A stretch of DNA of 64,000 nt from Gemmatimonadales bacterium. GTDB lineage: Bacteria; Gemmatimonadota; Gemmatimonadetes; Gemmatimonadales; GWC2-71-9. Below, piece by piece: positions 29,400-36,465 of the stretch. Positions within the stretch are counted from its first letter, which is position 1. Every line of letters begins with the position of its first letter. A program made the translations under genes and the position numbers. The stretch is from the NCBI GenBank assembly GCA_036522815.1, contig DATDFC010000102.1, forward strand, positions 22,056-86,055, in the 5' to 3' direction. The notes under the pieces are model-generated. The model did no database searches. It was not told where the DNA came from and saw nothing but the letters and a program-made list of their open reading frames with translations.

Positions 29400-29897
29400 G
29401 TGGTCTGGCTGCGCTTGGTGCATATCGTCGCAGGCGTCGTCTGGGTCGGCTCGGCCGTGTTCGCCGCCCTGTTCGTCCTTCCCACCGCCCGGGCCTTGGG
29501 CCCCGAGGGCAGCCGCTTCGTGGCGCGCCTGATGCCGCGCTCGGGCCCCGTGCTCGGCAGCGCCATGCTGTTGACGATCGTCTCGGGATTCATCATGTAC
29601 GGGCGGCTCTCCGCCGGATTCAACCGGGGCTGGGTGACGTCGCGCGTGGGGCTCGCGCTCGGCGCCGGGGCGGTCGCCGCCCTCCTCGCGGTGATCGTGG
29701 GTGTGGCCGTGAACGCCCCCGCCGGCGCCAAGATGGCCAGGCTCCGCAAGGGCCTCGAACCGCAGGGCGGCACCCCGACCGCGGCGCAGGCCGCAGAGCT
29801 CGCCACCCTGCAGGCACGCGTGGAGCGGGGAGCCCAGCTCGTGGCCCTGCTGCTCCTGACGGCGGCCGGGGCGATGGCGGTCGCCCGGTACCTGTGA
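29400..29897 (+). CDS. membrane protein (four TM helices), unknown function
   Basis: GTG at 29400 preceded by GGAGGTG. Hydrophobic 165-aa ORF divergent from the TetR gene. Confidence 0.65.
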   Translation: MVWLRLVHIVAGVVWVGSAVFAALFVLPTARALGPEGSRFVARLMPRSGPVLGSAMLLTIVSGFIMYGRLSAGFNRGWVTSRVGLALGAGAVAALLAVIVGVAVNAPAGAKMARLRKGLEPQGGTPTAAQAAELATLQARVERGAQLVALLLLTAAGAMAVARYL

Positions 29898-30194
29898 GCG
29901 CTCTCGCCGGGAAGGTGGTGCTCGTCACCGGCAGCTCGCGGGGCATTGGTGCCGCGATCGCGACACTGTTCGCGCAGCACGGCGCCAGGGTGGCGCTGCA
30001 CGGCCGGGATGAGGAGGCGCTCTCGGCCGTGCGGGCCGCCATCGGGCGCGGCGCGGCCGCGAGATGTCGCGCGCGCGGCCGTATTCCTCGCGTCGGACGA
30101 GGCGGGGTGTCCCCGTGATGGGCCCCATGGGATTCGAATCAACGATCATAGCCTGGCGACCGGATTTGTCGTCGGGCTGCGCTCCCCCCGCTAA
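29894..30194 (+). pseudogene. short-chain dehydrogenase/reductase remnant (internal deletion plus frameshift)
   Basis: The GTG at 29894 (GTGA-coupled to the previous gene) opens a normal SDR N-terminus (LAGKVVLVTGSSRGIGAAIATLFAQHGARVALHGRDEEAL). Near 30050-30062 the sequence jumps to a typical SDR C-terminus in another frame (DVARAAVFLASDEAG). The central ~170 aa, including the catalytic YxxxK region, is missing. Confidence 0.6.
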
Positions 30195-30213
30195 CGCCTT
30201 TCTCCCCTGCCGG

Positions 30214-30295
30214 TTGAGTCCGGACACTGCCACGTTGCCCGGCTATTGCTCGCGTCTCCGTAGCTTGGGTCGCGTGACATGTGCGACACCAACGC
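30214..30295 (+). promoter_or_regulatory. conserved upstream element, copy A (phased TTGnnnn heptamers plus TAGCTT)
   Basis: 53/62 identity (hand count) to 31039-31100. TTGAGTC at 30214, TTGCCCG at 30235, TTGCTCG at 30246, an 8-bp spacer, then TAGCTT at 30261-30266. It begins 123 nt upstream of the ATG at 30337. Confidence 0.45.
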
Positions 30296-30336
30296 AAGCC
30301 ATGGCAGGTGAAGGAAACAGGGAGAAAGGCGGAGCA

Positions 30337-31035
30337 ATGACCTCGACCATCACAGCGGCTCTCCTGGGTCTGATGTCCGGGTCCGCTGAAAGCGCATTGC
30401 CCCGCCTCGAGCTCGCGCCGGCTGCTCGTGCGGTCCTCGCCGCGTTCGCGGCCAGCCCCACGGAGCGCCTCGCCTGCCTGCTCGGCTCCGTTGACGGCCC
30501 GACGGTTCGGGTCAAGTCCGTGTCGGAGACTGACGACAGCGGCGCGACGGCCACGCGCGTGGTCGCCCGCGCCCCATGCCCGCCTGGAGCGGTGGGGCGA
30601 GTCCACTCCCACCCGGGCGCCGAGCGGTGCTGGTACTGGTTCCCGGGCACCCAAGTCGAGACCTCGGACGCCGTCTCGTTCCGCCGCGGCGGCTACCCAG
30701 TCGACGCCATCGTGTGCGGTCCGACGCTGGTCTATGTCACCCGCGCCGGCGGCGCCGAGGCCCAGAGCCTCGCGTTAGTGGGCCGCAACGTGCCGGTCCT
30801 GCTGGTGGCTGCCGCGGTCGCGTTCGCGACCGCCCAAGACTCCACCATGCGCAGGCCGTGCGGAGGCCAAATCGTGGCGTCGGACGAGCGCGAGCCCGAC
30901 GGGAGCTTCCTCGTGCGCTGGGCGCGCGCGATTCGCTCGGCTGCTCTGAAACCGCGGATCTCCCAGTCCGCGCGACTCACGTTGCAGTATCGGCGTCCGC
31001 TGGGCGCGCAGCTCGGGATTACGCTCCACCTCTAG
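30337..31035 (+). CDS. hypothetical membrane-anchored protein with a JAB/MPN-like E...HSHP...D pattern
   Basis: ATG at 30337 preceded by GGAGAAAGGCGGAG; GC-rich third positions. It has a signal-like N-terminus, the segments TERLACLLGSVDG and GRVHSHPG...ETSD, a TM helix (VPVLLVAAAVAFATA) and an Arg-rich tail. The JAB assignment is tentative. Confidence 0.55.
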   Translation: MTSTITAALLGLMSGSAESALPRLELAPAARAVLAAFAASPTERLACLLGSVDGPTVRVKSVSETDDSGATATRVVARAPCPPGAVGRVHSHPGAERCWYWFPGTQVETSDAVSFRRGGYPVDAIVCGPTLVYVTRAGGAEAQSLALVGRNVPVLLVAAAVAFATAQDSTMRRPCGGQIVASDEREPDGSFLVRWARAIRSAALKPRISQSARLTLQYRRPLGAQLGITLHL

Positions 31036-31038
31036 CCA

Positions 31039-31122
31039 TTGACTCCGGACATCTCCGCGTTGCCCGGCCATTGCTCGTGTCTCCCTACCTTGGGTCGCGT
31101 TCACATGAACGCCACACCGACG
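31039..31122 (+). promoter_or_regulatory. conserved upstream element, copy B (phased TTGnnnn heptamers plus TACCTT)
   Basis: TTGACTC at 31039, TTGCCCG at 31060, TTGCTCG at 31071, an 8-bp spacer, then TACCTT at 31086-31091. It begins 137 nt upstream of the ATG at 31176. Confidence 0.45.
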
Positions 31123-31175
31123 GGTTGCAGGAGTGGCGGTGCTAGACCGGAAGCGACCCACACCAGGAGGCATAT

Positions 31176-31748
31176 ATGCTTGGATTGATCGCAACACTCA
31201 CTCGGGGTCGCGTGCTTCGCGCCCTGGCGACCGCAGGCATCATCGGCGCTGCAGCGTGTCAGGATGCCAGCAGAGCCGTCGGGCCCACCAAAGACGTCGG
31301 GGAGGCCAACGCCCTTTTCTTGGCCGCACCCCAACCCGACCTGATCGTGAAGAGTTTTACCTACGCACCAATCGATCCGAATTATCCCGGCTACGCGTGG
31401 TCGACGGACGTCGAGCTTACAGCAGTCGTCAGCAATGTCGGCCTCGCGACGGCGGGCGCCTCGATCCTCAGTTTCAGCGGCTGGGCTCCCGCGACGTTGC
31501 AGCCGCTCTCTCCGGTGCTGTCGCCATCCTCACCCTGGCTCGCCTGCACCATGCCGCTGCGGGACGGGCAGTTTTGGGTGCCGGCGCTTGCCCCGGGTCA
31601 GGACTACATCGTGCACTGGACTGTCCATCTCCAAGACGGGTCTTACTACCAGATCACGGCGACCGCCAATTCGCCCCAGTGCACCTCAGAATGGGACCTG
31701 TCGAACAACTCGGCGCTCGTCCACTTCCAGGTAATCATCATCAATTGA
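31176..31748 (+). CDS. CARDB-domain lipoprotein
   Basis: AGGAGG lies 6 nt upstream of the ATG. Lipobox IIGAAAC. CARDB-like pattern PDLIVKSF...VVSNVG...ending in EWDLSNNSA. GC is visibly lower than in neighbouring genes. Confidence 0.7.
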   Translation: MLGLIATLTRGRVLRALATAGIIGAAACQDASRAVGPTKDVGEANALFLAAPQPDLIVKSFTYAPIDPNYPGYAWSTDVELTAVVSNVGLATAGASILSFSGWAPATLQPLSPVLSPSSPWLACTMPLRDGQFWVPALAPGQDYIVHWTVHLQDGSYYQITATANSPQCTSEWDLSNNSALVHFQVIIIN

Positions 31749-31788
31749 CGGCCCCCGTGAGGCACCGGTGCCGTTCCGTAGCTGTGAG

Positions 31789-31826
31789 GCAGCGCCGCGC
31801 TCCCGCGCGGCGCTGCACTGCGTTTT
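31789..31826 (+). terminator. terminator hairpin between convergent genes
   Basis: Perfect 12-bp stem GCAGCGCCGCGC (31789-31800) / GCGCGGCGCTGC (31805-31816) with loop TCCC, followed by ACTGCGTTTTCT. Confidence 0.6.
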
Positions 31827-33962
31827 CTAGGCGGGCAGTCGTGCCCGCAGCTCGGCGAGGGCGCGACGGCCCTGCTCGTCACCCGGCTCGAGCACCCGCT
31901 CGGCCGCGGCGAGCGCCCGGCGCGCAGCGCGCGGAGCGGATTCGGCGAGCGCCGCGTGCACCGCTGCCACTGCCTCGGCGAACGCGGCCGCGGGCGGTCC
32001 CGTCCGGGCCAGGAGCTCCGCTCGCAACAGGCGCGATTCCAGGTCGGGGCGCGACGCCAGCGCTGCCGCAGCGCGGGCCCGCAGTGCGCGTCGCTCGCCG
32101 GCCAGGAGGCGCTCCCCGCTCACGACTTCGGCGATGAGCGGCGCGGCGAAGCGATAGCGCTCCCCGTCGAAGGTGAGCAACCCGTGGCGCTCCAGGACGG
32201 CGAGCAACTGCTCGATGCGCTCGGGTGCGACGCCGGTGAGCGCGGCGATGAGCTCCGGGTCCACGGCGAGCGCGCCGATGCTCGCCGCGCGCAGCACCTG
32301 CAGGGTCGCCGCGTCCAGCTCCGCGACCCGGGCCAAGACTGCCTGGCGCGCCAGGCTCGGGACCGACATCGGGAGCGGTTCCTCGATGGTGACGCCCGGA
32401 CGGGGCCAGGTGAGCGCCTCCGCGCGCAGGATCGCGGTCTTCTCGAGCCCTTGCAACATGGTGACGATCAGAAACGGGTTCCCGCTCGTCTCGAAGAAGA
32501 CACGACGAGCCAGGCGATCGAGATCCGCCTGGTTCACGCACCAGGCGCTGCCGTGCAGTACGAGCTCCCGCGTCTCGGCCGCGGAGAGGGGCTCGAGCTG
32601 CACCGTCTGGCCCGGCACTCTTCCCGCGCGTCCGACGTCGCTCCGCAGGCGAACCAGCGCGCGCGAGGGCTCCTGGAATGTCGCGCGCGCGCTCAGCACC
32701 AGCAGCACCGGCAGCCCGGCGAGCTGCGGCATGGCGCCACCGAGCGCCTCGATGCTGGCGCCGTCCGCGCAATGCGCCTCGTCCACCGCCAGCGCCACGG
32801 GTTGCTCCTCAGCGAGCGCCCGCAGCAGCGACGCCAGGGCCGCCGCCACCTCGGCGTGGTCGGCGGGTGCGCGCGATGCGACGCCTGGGAACGCTTCGGG
32901 CGCCAGGGTCGCGAGCGCGGCGAGCGCGTAGGGGTCGGCGGCGGCGCTGCCTGGCGCGCGCATCAGGCCCGCGCGCAACAGAGTCCGGAGCGTGCTCCAG
33001 GGGGCGTCGCGGTCGCTCTCGAGCGGCGTGGCGACCGCCGCCACCGCGCCCTGGAGCGCGAAGCGGTCCACGCACTCGGTCAGAAGCCGGGTCTTTCCCG
33101 TCCCCGGGTCACCGGTGATCAAAACGGTCTGCGGGCCCCGTTGTAACGTCTCCGCGACCAGCGTGAACGCCTCCCGATGCGCCCGTGCCTGGCCCACCAG
33201 CGGCGGCCTCGTTTCCCCGGGCGGCCGCGTGTGCCGCCGCCAGCGCTGCCCCCGGATGCGGTCGGCGAGCGCCGCCAGCTCGCGGCCCGGTTGCTCGCCC
33301 AGGGCCGCCAAGCGGGTGGCGAACTCGTGAAACGCCGCGAGCGCCCCGGCGGCGTCCCCGCTCAGCGCGCAGGCGCGCATCAATAGCTGCACGGCTGGCT
33401 CTCCATACGGCTGCAGGGCGAGTGCGCGACGGGCCGACGCGCTCGCGTCGGACTCGCGCGCTGTGGCCAGTGCCTCCTCACCGGCCGCGACCAGCGCGGC
33501 GGCCGCCCGCGCGCGATACCGGTCCCGCTCCTGTGCTGCCCACTCCTCGAACGCGGGCGCGCCCTCGAGGGCGAAGCCCTCGAGAAAATCGCCCTCCACG
33601 AGACGGGCGGCATCGGCAGGGCTGCGGTCCAGCAGCGCGTCGAACCGCAGCGCATCCACCTCGAGTGCGTCCTCGCGCAGCAGGATCGAGTCGCTATCGG
33701 ACGCGAGGCGCGCCTCACCGACGTGCGCCCGCAGCCGCCGGATCGCCTCGTTGAGCGAGTGGCGCGCCCGGGCGTCGTCGGTCTCCGGCCAGAGCACTCC
33801 CACCAGATGCGCCCGGGTCCGTCTGCGCTTAGGAGAAAGGGCGAGGTAGACGAGCAACGCGAGATGCTTGCGACGCAACACCTCGGGCGGCGCCGGGCCG
33901 CCGGCGAGGCGCGCGGTCGGCACCCCGAAGCAATGAAGCTCCAGGGGAGGCAGTCCGGACAT
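31827..33962 (-). CDS. AfsR-like SARP-family regulator (wHTH + BTAD + P-loop NTPase + helical repeats)
   Basis: N-terminal OmpR-type winged helix (LELHCFGVP...RRKHLALLVYLAL), a BTAD region (DALRFDALL...QPYGEPAVQLLMRACALSGDAAGAL), Walker A GDPGTGKT, and a long Ala/Leu-rich C-terminal part. Confidence 0.85.
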   Translation of the reverse strand: MSGLPPLELHCFGVPTARLAGGPAPPEVLRRKHLALLVYLALSPKRRRTRAHLVGVLWPETDDARARHSLNEAIRRLRAHVGEARLASDSDSILLREDALEVDALRFDALLDRSPADAARLVEGDFLEGFALEGAPAFEEWAAQERDRYRARAAAALVAAGEEALATARESDASASARRALALQPYGEPAVQLLMRACALSGDAAGALAAFHEFATRLAALGEQPGRELAALADRIRGQRWRRHTRPPGETRPPLVGQARAHREAFTLVAETLQRGPQTVLITGDPGTGKTRLLTECVDRFALQGAVAAVATPLESDRDAPWSTLRTLLRAGLMRAPGSAAADPYALAALATLAPEAFPGVASRAPADHAEVAAALASLLRALAEEQPVALAVDEAHCADGASIEALGGAMPQLAGLPVLLVLSARATFQEPSRALVRLRSDVGRAGRVPGQTVQLEPLSAAETRELVLHGSAWCVNQADLDRLARRVFFETSGNPFLIVTMLQGLEKTAILRAEALTWPRPGVTIEEPLPMSVPSLARQAVLARVAELDAATLQVLRAASIGALAVDPELIAALTGVAPERIEQLLAVLERHGLLTFDGERYRFAAPLIAEVVSGERLLAGERRALRARAAAALASRPDLESRLLRAELLARTGPPAAAFAEAVAAVHAALAESAPRAARRALAAAERVLEPGDEQGRRALAELRARLPA

Positions 33963-33983
33963 TTGGGAAGAAACTAACGCCTA

Positions 33984-34044
33984 GGCGTCTGGGCGCCTCG
34001 CTACAGCCACCATACCTCTAGACGCCCAGACGCCCGGACGCGCA
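33984..34044. promoter_or_regulatory. inverted repeat and tandem octamers in the divergent promoter region
   Basis: GGCGTCTGGGCG (33984-33995) and its exact reverse complement CGCCCAGACGCC (34023-34034). Three tandem octamers GACGCCCA GACGCCCG GACGCGCA lie at 34021-34044. Confidence 0.35.
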
Positions 34045-34170
34045 GGAACCCAATCTAACGGATCACCTCTCGCGCCCGAAGCGCTCGGCCCGCCCTTTGA
34101 ACCCGGGTCTGCTCGCAAGCATCCTACACGCAGGCCACGCTGTGTCGTGAAACCCCCGTCAGGAGGGACA

Positions 34171-34584
34171 ATGAAACGCGAGCGACTCCTCATCGCCCTG
34201 AGCGCCGTCAATGTAGCCGTGCTGGCGTTCTCCCTGGCCCAGGCGCCGCGCGCCGGGGCCCAGGACGTGGCACCGGTGCTGCGGGGCCGTTCGCTGGAAA
34301 TCGTGGACGCACACGGCCACGTCCGCGCCAGCATCACCATCTACCCGGCCGATCCCACGGTCAAAATGCCCGATGGCACCACCGGGTACCCGGAGACCGT
34401 GCTGCTTCGGCTGATCAGCTCGACGGGCCGCCCGAATATCAAGATTGCCGCCAGCGAAGATGGATCGGGCATGGTGCTCGGCGGCGAATCGGATCCGGCC
34501 TACATTCAGCTGCTCGCGAGAGGCACCAATACGTCCGTGAAGATGATCAACAAAGACGGGCGGGAGCAGGTGATCAAGCCGTAA
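34171..34584 (+). CDS. small exported protein, unknown function
   Basis: ATG at 34171 preceded by AGGAGGGA. Signal peptide MKRERLLIALSAVNVAVLAFSLAQA. 137 aa, with lower GC than the surroundings. Confidence 0.6.
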   Translation: MKRERLLIALSAVNVAVLAFSLAQAPRAGAQDVAPVLRGRSLEIVDAHGHVRASITIYPADPTVKMPDGTTGYPETVLLRLISSTGRPNIKIAASEDGSGMVLGGESDPAYIQLLARGTNTSVKMINKDGREQVIKP

Positions 34585-34847
34585 CGATCAGGGGTCCGCC
34601 CACCGCGGGAGACCGCCCCGGGGTCGCCTGCTCGGCGTAGCAGCGCCGGAACGGCGTGGAGCGGTCATGGGGTGAGGCTTGCGGGTCCCGCCCGGCCGCC
34701 CACCCGGTTACCTTGGGGGTCGGCCCGGCGGGGGAGCGCGATCGGCGCAGCTCCCATTGCTGGCGCGACCCGTTGTCGCGGATATGTTCAGACACCAGCT
34801 CAGGAGCCGCACCATGGCGACGTCTCGCTCGGGGGAACCCGCCCGGC

Positions 34848-35651
34848 GTGGCTGACCTGCGAACGGCGCTGCAGGACGCGCTGGGCCCGACCTACCGGGT
34901 CGAGCGCGAGGTGCGTCCGGTAGGCACCTGCCGCATGTTCGTCGCGCTCGAAGGAGCGAGCGGACCGGCTCTCCTCGTGAAAGTCCTGCCGGGGGAGCTG
35001 TCGCTCGCGTTGGACACGGCGCTGCTCGAGCGCGAGCTCCAGATGCTGGCGGAGCGTCTGAGCGCGCCGCCCCTCGTGCCTCCGCGCGGCTCCGGACGCG
35101 CCGGCGCGTTGGTATATCACTCGCGCGCGTTCGTGGAAGGCACCACGCTGCGCGCCTGGCTCACCCGCAACGGCGAGCTGCCGCTGCGCCGGGCGGTCGA
35201 GATTCTGCGCGACGTGCTCAGCGCGCTGGCCCACGCGCACGCCGCCCACATCGCCCACGGCGACCTGAAGCCCGAAAACGTCCTCCTCACCGAAGGCCAC
35301 ACGCTGGTCGCCGATACCGGGATCGTGGGAGCGGTGGAGCGTTCTCTGCCGCGCGGCGCGCCCGGGGCGGTGACCGGGGCGCTGTGCGCCACCACCTATG
35401 TGGCGCCGGAGCGGCGCGCGCCCGGAGGGAAGAACGGCGCGGCGGCGGCCACGCCGGCCGACGACATGTTCGCCGTGGGCGTGCTGGTGCACGAGATGTT
35501 GACGGGTCGCCCGCCCACGCCGGAATCGGAGCCACTCGAGGAGGTCCGCTCGGTGCCCCCGTGGCTCGCCGAGCTGGAGCGGCGCTGCCTCGCGCCCGAC
35601 CCGGCGAGCCGCTGGCCGGATGGCGGCGCGGCGCTCGCCGCAATGAGCTGA
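34848..35651 (+). CDS. stand-alone Ser/Thr protein-kinase-like protein (non-RD, degenerate Gly loop)
   Basis: Catalytic loop HGDLKPENVLL, DTG in place of DFG, YVAPER, and DMFAVGVLVHEMLTGRPP. The Gly-rich loop is replaced by VRPVGTCRMF. The GTG at 34848 is chosen as the start because the family N-terminus usually begins there; the ORF is open from 34656. Confidence 0.6.
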   Translation: MADLRTALQDALGPTYRVEREVRPVGTCRMFVALEGASGPALLVKVLPGELSLALDTALLERELQMLAERLSAPPLVPPRGSGRAGALVYHSRAFVEGTTLRAWLTRNGELPLRRAVEILRDVLSALAHAHAAHIAHGDLKPENVLLTEGHTLVADTGIVGAVERSLPRGAPGAVTGALCATTYVAPERRAPGGKNGAAAATPADDMFAVGVLVHEMLTGRPPTPESEPLEEVRSVPPWLAELERRCLAPDPASRWPDGGAALAAMS

Positions 35652-35661
35652 CTGCTCCTCC

Positions 35662-36465
35662 TCACCCGCTCGCGCCCGAGTAGCGCTTGAGCGCGGTGCG
35701 CCACAAGAGCCGGGTCAGCGCGAACACGACTCCCGCCACCACCGCCGCGACCAGCGCGAACCCGGGCTCGAGTCGTCCCGTGAGAGCGGACGCAGGGATC
35801 GTCGTGGTCCAGGCGATGGGGATGAGGTACACGAAGACGAATCGCAGCGCGCCCGGATAGGCCGACACCGGATAGCGGGCGCCCTCATACACCGCGTCGA
35901 ACAGCACCGAGAGGTTCTCCACCGACACGAACCAGAAGGCCAGGCTCATCAGCGCCACCCACAGCGCGTATACCACGACAACGGCAGCCGCAAGCGTCAA
36001 GCCGAACGCCGCAAGCTGCGCGACCGACGGCATCCGGCCGAGCCGGTACAGCGCGTAGCCCGCCAGGACGAGGCCGAGCACGACATCGGAGAATCGCCAC
36101 ACGTCGAGGCGGCGGAACGAGACGAACCCCTGCGCGTCTACTGGCTTCGCGAGCACCAGATCGAGGCCGCCGCTCTTCACTTCTCCCGCGAGCCGACCGA
36201 TGCCTGGCCGCAGCACGGCTTCGATCACTCCGGTGAGCGTGTTGAACACTCCCAGCAGGACGACGACCTCCCAATAGTCCCAGTCCCCCAGCCGCGTTGT
36301 GTGCCGGAAGAACACCGCCAGCGTGAGCAGCGCCGTGACGATCCAGAACAGCGTGCCGAGCAGACTGGCCACAAGGTTGGCGCGATACTGCACCTCTTCG
36401 GCGACGTTGAGGCGGAACAGGGCGATCAGAACGCGGAACGCGGAAGTCGGAACGCGTAACATCAT
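35662..36465 (-). CDS. ABC-2-type transporter permease
   Basis: Six-TM protein (MMLRVPTSAFRVLIALFRLNVAEEVQYRANL...). The start overlaps the stop of the upstream permease gene. Confidence 0.8.
   Translation of the reverse strand: MMLRVPTSAFRVLIALFRLNVAEEVQYRANLVASLLGTLFWIVTALLTLAVFFRHTTRLGDWDYWEVVVLLGVFNTLTGVIEAVLRPGIGRLAGEVKSGGLDLVLAKPVDAQGFVSFRRLDVWRFSDVVLGLVLAGYALYRLGRMPSVAQLAAFGLTLAAAVVVVYALWVALMSLAFWFVSVENLSVLFDAVYEGARYPVSAYPGALRFVFVYLIPIAWTTTIPASALTGRLEPGFALVAAVVAGVVFALTRLLWRTALKRYSGASG

Noticed and set aside
28409-30142. 569-aa plus and 476-aa minus ORFs spanning the TetR / membrane protein / SDR region
   Set aside because: These are composite GC-driven frames. The recognisable pieces are the TetR gene (28712-29323, minus), the membrane-protein gene and the SDR remnant.
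34709-34719. TACCTTGGGGG recurring at 34709 and 38311, and TACCTTGGG at 31086, as a possible shared regulatory motif
   Set aside because: Identical 9-11-mers are expected by chance in 64 kb. The order of flanking blocks differs from the 30214/31039 elements. TACCTT may simply be a common -10-like hexamer.
30195-35651. Classification of the accessory block as a mobile element or genomic island
   Set aside because: I could recognise no integrase, transposase, tRNA attachment site or flanking direct repeats. Only the compositional impression and the adjacent gene decay support foreign origin, so it is reported as a finding and not annotated as a mobile element.
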